DNA of 20,000 bases from an uncultured virus (IMG/VR IMGVR_UViG_3300026116_000008) (Duplodnaviria; Heunggongvirae; Uroviricota; Caudoviricetes), in the IMG/VR virus record IMGVR_UViG_3300026116_000008. The stretch is one strand, 5' to 3'. Positions 1-6,877 of this stretch are shown here, piece by piece. The notes under the pieces are model-generated. The model did not search any database. It was not told the DNA's origin and saw only the letters and a program-made list of their open reading frames with translations. Made by a program: the position numbers and the translations under genes. The stretch's first letter is position 1. Each line of letters opens with the position of its first letter.

Positions 1-1
1 C

Positions 2-277
2 CTCCGAGCGGGCGCAGCGGAACAGTTTCTGCACGCGGTAGAGGAGAGCGATCGGGTCGACGCCGGTGGCGCGCGCGTAGTTCACCCGCTGGTCGCGCGG
101 AAAGCCCGGGGGCCAGTCTTCGCGCGGGAGCTCAAGCAGCCGGCCGTCCTGCAGGGCGTCGGTCAGGATTTCGCGAATTTGGTCGGACGGCAGGGAGGTG
201 GACCGGGCGATCGCCCGCACAGGGACGCCTTCATCGGCGAGGCGGATGACCACTTCGTATTGCGACGCGCTCCCCAT
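2..277 (-). CDS. HTH-domain protein, 5' part only (runs off the window edge)
   Basis: Manual translation from ATG at 277 gives MGSASQYEVVIRLADEGVPVRAIARSTSLPSDQIREILTDALQDGRLLELPREDWPPGFPRDQR..., open to the edge. 'LADEGVPVRAIARSTSLPSDQIREIL' is HTH-like. It is transcribed divergently from the rest of the window. Confidence 0.7.
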   Translation of the reverse strand, partial: MGSASQYEVVIRLADEGVPVRAIARSTSLPSDQIREILTDALQDGRLLELPREDWPPGFPRDQRVNYARATGVDPIALLYRVQKLFRCARSE

Positions 278-1023
278 CAACCGCTACCCCTAGCCAGCCA
301 AGGTTGTATTGGTTCTTAAAGTGCTTCGCCGGTTCCTCGCAAGCACTAAAAAATTCAGCCAACAAAAATCGACCCGCGCGAGCGATGCCCGGCGGGTCGA
401 GAAGTTGTCCACACCCAAGAGAGAAACGTTCGGAGGAACGTCGAGCCGGAACATATCGGGGTCACGGCACGCGCGCAAGTGGTGCATGGGATAATTTTCC
501 GGGGGGATTTTGGAGGACCGGTGATCACGGAGGACCCGTGAAGGGGGTGGGGGTGTCTGAGGGGGGAGGGGAGTGTGTCAATAAGTGAGGCACCTTTTGT
601 GCTATGTATCACGAATTGTGAGGGTGCGGGGGTGGTCGGGTTGTGTGTTGCCAAAGTTGATAATGTCACGTTTCGTGATACTTGGAATTTTGGGGTCGAG
701 GTGTTTCACGGTCCTAGCAATATAGCGCGCGGGCCGGTGGGGCCTGTCCATGGTGGGGGTGGGGTAGTGCGATGGCCCTTTATCAACAAATGAGACAGTC
801 CAATTGCTCTTTGTTTTCAATCACTTAGCGAGTAGCAATAAAAGACACATAGCACGAAACTACACAAATGATACGTAAAGTGCGTTACCAAACATGCTAG
901 CACCATTGGTCACGCACTTTATGAGACATCGCCTTGTCTGGTATCAACAAAAGACACATTTTGGCGCCGCTGCTAGTTTTTTTACAACTCTTTGGGCGAT
1001 CTCCTAGAACTAGAGCAAACCAT

Positions 1024-1379
1024 TGAAATCATTGAGCTTTTTGACTGCTAGTCTGTTAGTCGGCAAAAACGGCAGGTCACCGCTCCGGCAGAGAACAAGT
1101 TTCCGGAGGCGCTTCCGGAGCGTGTCTCAAAAATTGATCTGAGGAAGCGGTATCATATAACCTTATTATAACTATATGAAATAATTGTCTTTTTTACTTT
1201 TTGACTAAAAAACAAATTGAAAAATACAAATTAGATCGTATGCGATCATTCTCCGGAAAGTTCTCCGGAAACTCTCCGGAAACGCCGTTTTTGGAGGTGT
1301 CCACTGCCAGAAATCGCCGCTAACAGACTAACAGCCCCTTTTTGGACCTGCTTTTTACCAAATTTAGTTAATGATTTCA
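1024..1379. repeat. Inverted-repeat/iteron array flanking an AT-rich core (candidate replication origin)
   Basis: Mirror pairs: TGAAATCATT 1024-1033 / AATGATTTCA 1370-1379; CTGCTAGTCTGTTAG 1045-1059 / CTAACAGACTAACAG 1320-1334; CAAAAACGGC 1064-1073 / GCCGTTTTTG 1284-1293. TTCCGGAG x2 (1101-1120) faces CTCCGGAAA x3 (1251-1282). The core at about 1126-1248 is AT-rich. Confidence 0.7.
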
Positions 1380-1532
1380 TGGTGTTATCCTACAGACTAT
1401 CAACAAATGTCGCCATATGCTGGGGAACTCTTAATGAAATCAATAAGTTAGACCCATAGCCAAAAAGTAACATTCCAAGCCGGCCAAAAGCGCTCTGTAA
1501 CCCATTGATTTTATTGGTGTCTCAAATGCATG

Positions 1533-1562
1533 TTGACAAACGTGATATTAGACCGGTAAATC
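1533..1562 (+). promoter_or_regulatory. Putative sigma70 early promoter
   Basis: Perfect TTGACA at 1533-1538 and TAAATC 18 bp later, upstream of the first + strand gene. Confidence 0.55.
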
Positions 1563-1618
1563 GCCTTCGGCGAATTTAAGACAACGCCGACGACACACCC
1601 AATTGGAGCAACCAGAAA

Positions 1619-2902
1619 ATGGCTAGAACCCCTTCGATGACAACCGCGGAAGCCGAACAAGTCCTCGGCCCGCGCGGACATCTCAACGTTAATTCGGACA
1701 ACCGCGCAACCGTCCGAAAGTGGATTGTCGCGCAAGGCTTTCCTGCGCTCTTTGTCGGCGGCTTGTCCATGCGTGAATTGGCGCTGGCCTATAACCAAAC
1801 CGACGGCGCGGGCATTGCCGCCCTACAGCGCAAGTTTCAGGAAACCGAAACTGACGACGAGGACAACGCAGACGACGACGCGCAGCAAGCCGCTGCCGCG
1901 GCTGTCGCGAAGATTGGACACGCGTCGCCTGCCGCTCCCGCGCAAAACGTTGGTCCGCACAACGCCGCGGCAATCCTGCAAGGCAACGACCCGATGGCGC
2001 TGCTGCGGGAAATCTTGCTTGGCGGTTACAAGCCGGGCCTAGACGAAAATCGCGTGCGGGAAATCGTTCAGGACACTCTTGCCGGCGTCGCGCCGCGCGT
2101 CGTTGAAATCCGCAACAACGACAAGCCGCCGGTCAAAATCGAAGGCATCATTCATCCTGAATTTGAGCGCTGTCTGAAATATCTTTCGAACACTGGCCCT
2201 GACAACTATCGCGCCAATATCATGCTCGTCGGCCCTGCCGGCTGCGGCAAAACCTATCTCGCGAAGCAACTCGCCAAGGCTCTGAGTGTCGACCATACGA
2301 TTGTTGGCGGTACCGCAGGCGCCAGCGAAGGCGACCTGATCGGCCGTCTTTTACCCGGTGAAGGCGGAAAGTTTGATTACGTGCCGTCCAAGGCTATCTC
2401 GCTTTACGAGCGCGGAAACGCGCTGATCTGCTTCGATGAAATAGACGGCTTTGACCCGAACATGCTCATGGTCGCGAATATGCCGCTCGCAAATTCCTCT
2501 TGGTTCGTTCACTTGCGGCGTGACGAGCCTGAAGTGCACCGCGGTGACAACGTGTATTTCATGGCAACCGCCAACACGTACGGCACGGGCGCAAATCCGA
2601 TTTACGCCGGCCGCAATCCCATGGACGGCGCAACGCGCGACCGTTTTATCTTCATTACGGTCGACTATGACACCAAGCTTGAAGAGAGCATCGCCGCTGC
2701 CGGCGGACTGACAACTGCGGAGTGCGCGGGCCTTTGGGAAATGCGCAACCGTGCACGCGAAGCCGGCTTGCGCCGCGTCATCTCAACTCGTGCGTTCCAG
2801 AAGGCTGCGGTTATGAAGACCGCAGGCGAAACGTGGAAGGAAATCCGCGGGCATCTTCTGGAGGACTGGACCAAGGATGAGCGCGCCAAGATCGGCGTTT
2901 AA
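1619..2902 (+). CDS. MoxR/CobS-like AAA+ ATPase (AAA_5 type)
   Basis: Walker A GPAGCGKT, Walker B ICFDEID, sensor 'ATANTYG', Arg finger 'DGATRDRF', sensor II 'ISTR'. GGAG RBS at 1605. Confidence 0.9.
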   Translation: MARTPSMTTAEAEQVLGPRGHLNVNSDNRATVRKWIVAQGFPALFVGGLSMRELALAYNQTDGAGIAALQRKFQETETDDEDNADDDAQQAAAAAVAKIGHASPAAPAQNVGPHNAAAILQGNDPMALLREILLGGYKPGLDENRVREIVQDTLAGVAPRVVEIRNNDKPPVKIEGIIHPEFERCLKYLSNTGPDNYRANIMLVGPAGCGKTYLAKQLAKALSVDHTIVGGTAGASEGDLIGRLLPGEGGKFDYVPSKAISLYERGNALICFDEIDGFDPNMLMVANMPLANSSWFVHLRRDEPEVHRGDNVYFMATANTYGTGANPIYAGRNPMDGATRDRFIFITVDYDTKLEESIAAAGGLTTAECAGLWEMRNRAREAGLRRVISTRAFQKAAVMKTAGETWKEIRGHLLEDWTKDERAKIGV

Positions 2903-2905
2903 AGA

Positions 2906-2959
2906 GGGCGAAACCGCGCCATGGCGCGGTCTAGCGGTCATGCCGCTACTGACGAGCCC
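2906..2959 (+). ncRNA. Type II hammerhead ribozyme HHR1; predicted cleavage after GUC at 2931
   Basis: GGGC-GAAA-CCGCGC(CATG)GCGCGG-TC-TAGCGG(TCATG)CCGCTA-CTGACGA-GCCC. All core residues (CUGAnGA, GAAA, UH) are present and stems I, II and III pair perfectly. Confidence 0.95.
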
Positions 2960-2991
2960 AAAGCTTTCGCAGCAACAATGGAGCAACACCC

Positions 2992-3201
2992 ATGCAAGCT
3001 AAACGCAAGACGCTAACGTCGGGTTGGTATGAGTTTGATCTAGCCAACGGCAAAACCGTTGGCGTGCGATGCCACGGTAAGGGCGAATGGAGCATTTATT
3101 TTCGGCAAGACGGCAAACCCGTTGAACCTACGCCCGAAGGCGGACAAGAGATTTTTTTCCACGGCTATAAAACTGCTGTGGCGTTTGCGCTTAACCACTA
3201 A
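2992..3201 (+). CDS. Hypothetical protein (69 aa)
   Basis: ORF with GGAGCAAC RBS, lying between the ATPase and vWA-like genes. Confidence 0.75.
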   Translation: MQAKRKTLTSGWYEFDLANGKTVGVRCHGKGEWSIYFRQDGKPVEPTPEGGQEIFFHGYKTAVAFALNH

Positions 3202-3219
3202 AAAATGGAGCAACACCCA

Positions 3220-4062
3220 ATGGCCACCCATCAACCGCTACAAGATGGACGATACGACAGCGTAACGGACTTCATTGCGGCCGTTAACCTTCGGTGCTTT
3301 GAGCCCAAGAACAGAGAGCATTTCGACGGCTTAATGACCGAAACGAGATACGGGAAAAAATGGTTTGGCGCGGACTGTGCCAATGGTCGCGACGTTGAAC
3401 GCGTCATGAACAGCGGCTGGAAGGAAGGCCAAACCCGCATGGAAAAAATGCGGTCTAAAATCGGCAACGTTGAGCTTGTGCCGATTGATCGTCGTCGACG
3501 GCCTGTCAGAACCGACATGGGCGATATCGTCGACATGCCTAGCGTCTGGAGCGGCCGGCTTGATATCGCATGGAAGACCGCGAAGCGTCGCACGACGCAA
3601 GGCCCGCAGAAGATCGAACTATGCGCCAACATGCTTTGCAGCGGCGGCGAGGATGCTGACGTGCTTTTCTGGCGTGGTGCGGCTGCGGCAACACTGGCGG
3701 ATATCCTTGAGCAAGCCGGCTACATGGTTCGGCTCGTGATCGCCTTCGGTGGCAAGGAATACACCAACGGCGACGTGTCATGCCGGATCATCGTAAAAGA
3801 CCATGGCATGCCGTTGGACGTCGCCACCACGAGCGCGGTGATCCTGCCCGGTTTCTTTCGCGCCCTAGGCCATGCTTGGATCGTCAATCACTCCCGACAG
3901 CACATCGGCTATTTTGGCGGCATCACCGTTGAGCAAGGCAAGGTGGACGAAGGCGAGATTTTCCTTTCGCACGAAGTCCGCGACCAAGCGACCGCGGCTA
4001 AATTCGTCACGGCGCAAATCCAGAAACTCAACGATAGCATCATGGGAGGGGCCGCCGCCTGA
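3220..4062 (+). CDS. vWA-like (CobT-type) partner of the AAA+ ATPase
   Basis: Start moved to ATG 3220, after the GGAG RBS at 3207. The C-terminal half has an alternating beta/alpha pattern (KIELCANMLCSGG...WRGAAAATLADILEQAGYMVRLVIA) with a degenerate MIDAS. It lies next to a MoxR-like ATPase. Confidence 0.6.
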   Translation: MATHQPLQDGRYDSVTDFIAAVNLRCFEPKNREHFDGLMTETRYGKKWFGADCANGRDVERVMNSGWKEGQTRMEKMRSKIGNVELVPIDRRRRPVRTDMGDIVDMPSVWSGRLDIAWKTAKRRTTQGPQKIELCANMLCSGGEDADVLFWRGAAAATLADILEQAGYMVRLVIAFGGKEYTNGDVSCRIIVKDHGMPLDVATTSAVILPGFFRALGHAWIVNHSRQHIGYFGGITVEQGKVDEGEIFLSHEVRDQATAAKFVTAQIQKLNDSIMGGAAA

Positions 4063-4063
4063 A

Positions 4064-4124
4064 GCCCGAAAGGCCCGTCTTTAAAGACGGGCCTCTAGCG
4101 GTTACGCCGCTACTGACGATGGGC
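4064..4124 (+). ncRNA. Type II hammerhead ribozyme HHR2; predicted cleavage after CUC at 4095
   Basis: GCCC-GAAA-GGCCCGTCT(TTAA)AGACGGGCC-TC-TAGCGG(TTACG)CCGCTA-CTGACGA-T-GGGC. The core is complete, with one extra U between A9 and G10.1. Confidence 0.92.
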
Positions 4125-4152
4125 CGAAACTATCGCAGCACCCAATGGAGCA

Positions 4153-4386
4153 ATGACCATGATCGTACAAAAATCCGTTATGCAACTACTTGCGGCTATG
4201 TCACCGTCCGATCAAGCTTTAACGCGGGAATTAACCGACGCGGCGAGGGCCGGGCGCTTTGACCATGTTCAACTCGCAAGCCTGCAAGCGCGCAATCCGC
4301 ACGTTGTTTTAACCTATATGATCGAACGTCCAACACTTGTCATGCGAGACGCACGGTTCGCTAGACATGGAAAGGCAAGGCCATAA
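4153..4386 (+). CDS. Hypothetical protein (77 aa)
   Basis: ORF after the GGAGCA RBS, immediately downstream of HHR2. Confidence 0.7.
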   Translation: MTMIVQKSVMQLLAAMSPSDQALTRELTDAARAGRFDHVQLASLQARNPHVVLTYMIERPTLVMRDARFARHGKARP

Positions 4387-4436
4387 CAACAATCGACACC
4401 CGATAAAGACACCCAACAAAAACGGAGCAACGCATT

Positions 4437-4946
4437 ATGTCTAAGGTTTACCCAGGAACCATGACGCAAACCGCAGAAATCGCGGACCGGTTCAAGCCAC
4501 ATCCATTCATCAAGCTGCGCGCGGATCACGGCGACAAAATCGCCAGATGGGTTCTCGACCATGGCCAGCAATTCGAGATTGGCCCTGAGACCTATAAAGG
4601 ACGGCGCGGCCGGCAAGGGCTATGCTTCATGAACGCCACGCATCTTGCGTGGGATAATCCCGAGTTGTTTTATGTGGAAGGCTACGTCTGTATCCATGGC
4701 ATCTCGATCGAACATGCTTGGGTCTGCGACAAGGACCGAAACATATTCGACCCGACATTGCGCGTTGCGCCCGACAAGTCCAAGAACCTGCGCAACGACC
4801 CGACACGCATCACCGACTATTTCGGCGTGGTGTTTGGCCATGCCTACCTGCGGCGCGCGACACTGGCTAACGGCTACTATGGCCTGTTCGCCAACGCCAG
4901 CACGCGCGCGCTTGTCACCGGCCAAGTGAAGGATTGGCAGCCATGA
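4437..4946 (+). CDS. Hypothetical protein with transglutaminase/papain-like Cys-His-Asp motif order
   Basis: Motifs 'GLCFMNA', 'YVEGY', 'EHAWV' and 'FDPT'. GGAGCAAC RBS at 4424. Confidence 0.65.
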   Translation: MSKVYPGTMTQTAEIADRFKPHPFIKLRADHGDKIARWVLDHGQQFEIGPETYKGRRGRQGLCFMNATHLAWDNPELFYVEGYVCIHGISIEHAWVCDKDRNIFDPTLRVAPDKSKNLRNDPTRITDYFGVVFGHAYLRRATLANGYYGLFANASTRALVTGQVKDWQP

Positions 4947-5083
4947 CCCGCGGAACATTCGATTTCGGCAAGGGGCCGTTCGCTCGCTTCTGTGTGTTGG
5001 TATGCCTGTTCTACATCATATGGAAAGCACGGCGCGAACACTGTGATATCGAGGTACACATAACACCACGAGAGGCGCGTTAA
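4943..5083 (+). CDS. Small hydrophobic protein (46 aa)
   Basis: ATGA-coupled to the upstream stop. MTRGTFDFGKGPFARFCVLVCLFYIIWKARREHCDIEVHITPREAR. Confidence 0.5.
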   Translation: MTRGTFDFGKGPFARFCVLVCLFYIIWKARREHCDIEVHITPREAR

Positions 5084-5241
5084 GAGCCGCGCCCATAAGC
5101 GATAATCTCTCGGGCGCCTCAGTGGCGCCCGTTCGCTTTTAACGCATCAGCGGGCTTCTAATGGCTTCGAGATTTTGTAACTTTGTTGCGCGAAGGTATT
5201 CAAGAACCAAAAACTTTTTACAACTCGCGTATACAAACCAA

Positions 5242-5271
5242 TTGCTCTAATAGCACGTTATATGCTAGTTA
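5242..5271 (+). promoter_or_regulatory. Putative promoter containing a 17-bp palindromic operator
   Basis: TTGCTC at 5242 and TAGTTA 18 bp later. TAGCAC-GTTAT-ATGCTA at 5251-5267. AT-rich intergenic setting. Confidence 0.5.
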
Positions 5272-5304
5272 CGTTTCGTTACACATCCAACGGAGCAACC
5301 AACC

Positions 5305-5502
5305 ATGAAACTATTCAAGCTCACATTCACACAGCGCGAGATAGCGCTGATCCGTACCGCACTGACGCTGCGGCGTGCGGAACTTAGCGAGTTCATAAGA
5401 AATCGCGATGAGCTTAAATTATTATCGCCGGCCATGCAGGCGGCTTACGACGAAACCGACGCGCTGCTGAAAGGCAAGCTGGCGCCAAAGGAGACAGACT
5501 AA
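5305..5502 (+). CDS. Hypothetical protein (65 aa)
   Basis: GGAGCAAC RBS at 5292; TAATG-coupled to the next gene. Confidence 0.75.
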   Translation: MKLFKLTFTQREIALIRTALTLRRAELSEFIRNRDELKLLSPAMQAAYDETDALLKGKLAPKETD

Positions 5503-5714
5503 TGGCGTCCGAACGCGTCAACACGATAGTCCTCACGGACCGGCAAGTGACGCTTGTCCGCGTCGGGCTGATCCTGCGATTGCAGCAACTCATGCAGCGT
5601 ATCAACAACGGCGATACGGACTTGCAGATCATCTATGACGAAACCCGTGCAATGCTGCTCGCGGACGGACCGTTGTCCATCGACACCATTGCGCGCAACC
5701 GCAGGGGAAAGTGA
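5502..5714 (+). CDS. Hypothetical protein (70 aa)
   Basis: AGGAG RBS, translational coupling, and resemblance to the upstream ORF. Confidence 0.75.
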   Translation: MASERVNTIVLTDRQVTLVRVGLILRLQQLMQRINNGDTDLQIIYDETRAMLLADGPLSIDTIARNRRGK

Positions 5715-5860
5715 TGCTCCAAATCCTCGCCTATTTCTCCGCGCTGACAACACTCGCAGCGTCAAGCCCGGCCCATGGCAGCACGTCCGCTTTCTGGATG
5801 GCTGCCGTGGCTTTTATCCTTTCGTTCGCACTCATGGTCACAGAGGATCAACGCCAATGA
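5714..5860 (+). CDS. Small membrane protein (48 aa)
   Basis: TGATG overlap with the upstream gene and ATGA overlap with the downstream gene. MLQILAYFSALTTLAASSPAHGSTSAFWMAAVAFILSFALMVTEDQRQ. Confidence 0.55.
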   Translation: MLQILAYFSALTTLAASSPAHGSTSAFWMAAVAFILSFALMVTEDQRQ

Positions 5861-6714
5861 ACAACGCATTTCTCGTTCGCCTGTCCATGACGACATGGAC
5901 CGCGCGCAAAATGGACAAGGGCGCGACGCGCCAAGCCAAAGACCATGCCGGCGCGACCGACAAGGCCGGCGTGAAGGTCTATAAGACCGTGATCGCCGCG
6001 GAGGAACTGGACGCCATTCAGTCGATCTGCAACGCCGCACGGATCGAGCACCGCAAGCGCACCGTGCCATGGTCCTATGACGGTCCGGGCGCGATCACCG
6101 CCGAAGGCTATCCCGCCTATAAGGCCGCAATGACCGGCTACGAGCGGGAGTTTAACCTTGCCGTCGCGCGCTTCAACGAAGTGTACGCCGCAGAGCGCGA
6201 GAAGGCCCGCGAGTATCTGGGCAATCTCTTTGATCCCGCGGACTATCCGGACAGCATGTCGCTCGGCTCGAAGTTCTCTTTTAGCGTGAGCGCTGAACCC
6301 ATGCCGGAGGCAAATAATTTCAGGGTTAATCTCCCGCCGGAGATCGTCGCCGAGATCAAAAAAGACATTGTCTTGAATAACCAGCAGGCGTTCGAGAACG
6401 CGAACAACGCTGCTTGGGCGCGCGTGATCGAGAAAGTGGAGAAACTCAAACTGGCCATGGCGAACTACAAGCCCGGCGAACAGAAAGGTAAATTCCACGA
6501 CACGGTCGTGTCTAATATCGTTGAGCTCGCAGAACTGATCCCGTCGATCAATATTTCCAACGACGAAGACTTGACGCGCATGCAGCGCAAGTTACTTTCT
6601 CTCACGGCGTACACGGCGCAAGACCTGCGCGAAGACGAGAACCTGCGCGAGGAAGTGGCCAAGGCATGCGGCGCGATCCTTGCCGATATCACGGTTAAAG
6701 CGAGGGCAGCATAG
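5857..6714 (+). CDS. Conserved phage protein, DUF3150-like
   Basis: Start moved to ATG 5857 (AGAGGA RBS). Motifs 'WTARKMD', 'TVPW..DG', 'LGNLFDPADYP' and 'NNFR' are recalled as typical of this helical family. Confidence 0.6.
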   Translation: MNNAFLVRLSMTTWTARKMDKGATRQAKDHAGATDKAGVKVYKTVIAAEELDAIQSICNAARIEHRKRTVPWSYDGPGAITAEGYPAYKAAMTGYEREFNLAVARFNEVYAAEREKAREYLGNLFDPADYPDSMSLGSKFSFSVSAEPMPEANNFRVNLPPEIVAEIKKDIVLNNQQAFENANNAAWARVIEKVEKLKLAMANYKPGEQKGKFHDTVVSNIVELAELIPSINISNDEDLTRMQRKLLSLTAYTAQDLREDENLREEVAKACGAILADITVKARAA

Positions 6715-6783
6715 GAGGGGAACACATGACAACGTAACTCACGAATACCTAGTTGAACCGATAGTTATTCGTGTGTCTGATGG

Positions 6784-6817
6784 AAGCCGAGGAGGGTAAA
6801 ACCTCTTCGGCTTTTCC
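6784..6817 (+). terminator. Rho-independent terminator
   Basis: GCCGAGGAGG-GTAAAA-CCTCTTCGGC followed by TTTT. Confidence 0.7.
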
Positions 6818-6819
6818 AT

Positions 6820-6848
6820 TTGACACTAGCACAAAACGTGCTTAGTAT
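6820..6848 (+). promoter_or_regulatory. sigma70 promoter with operator in the spacer
   Basis: TTGACA-17 bp-TAGTAT. TAGCAC-AAAAC-GTGCTT at 6827-6843. Confidence 0.8.
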
Positions 6849-6877
6849 GGTTGAACACACCTAAAAGAGAAACAACC

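Noticed and set aside
369..400. Inverted repeat TCGACCCGC/GCGGGTCGA
   Set aside because: Real 9-bp repeat with T-rich sequence following on the minus strand, but the 14-nt loop and unclear context prevent assigning a function
576..581. Minus-strand TTGACA
   Set aside because: No plausible -10 element at 16-18 bp
290..820. Six short ORFs in the left non-coding region
   Set aside because: They overlap in several frames, derive from low-complexity G-tracts, and lack convincing RBSs or motifs
1249..1283. Tandem CTCCGGAAA repeats as a CRISPR array
   Set aside because: Units are 11-12 bp with no spacers; treated as iterons
1851..1857. CTGACGA hammerhead-like core in coding sequence (also near 13690)
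   Set aside because: No flanking stems or GAAA/UH arrangement; explained by Thr-Asp-Asp codons
5635..5856. N-terminal extension of the 359-aa ORF
   Set aside because: Overlaps two better-supported coupled genes; the RBS and family-like sequence begin at 5857
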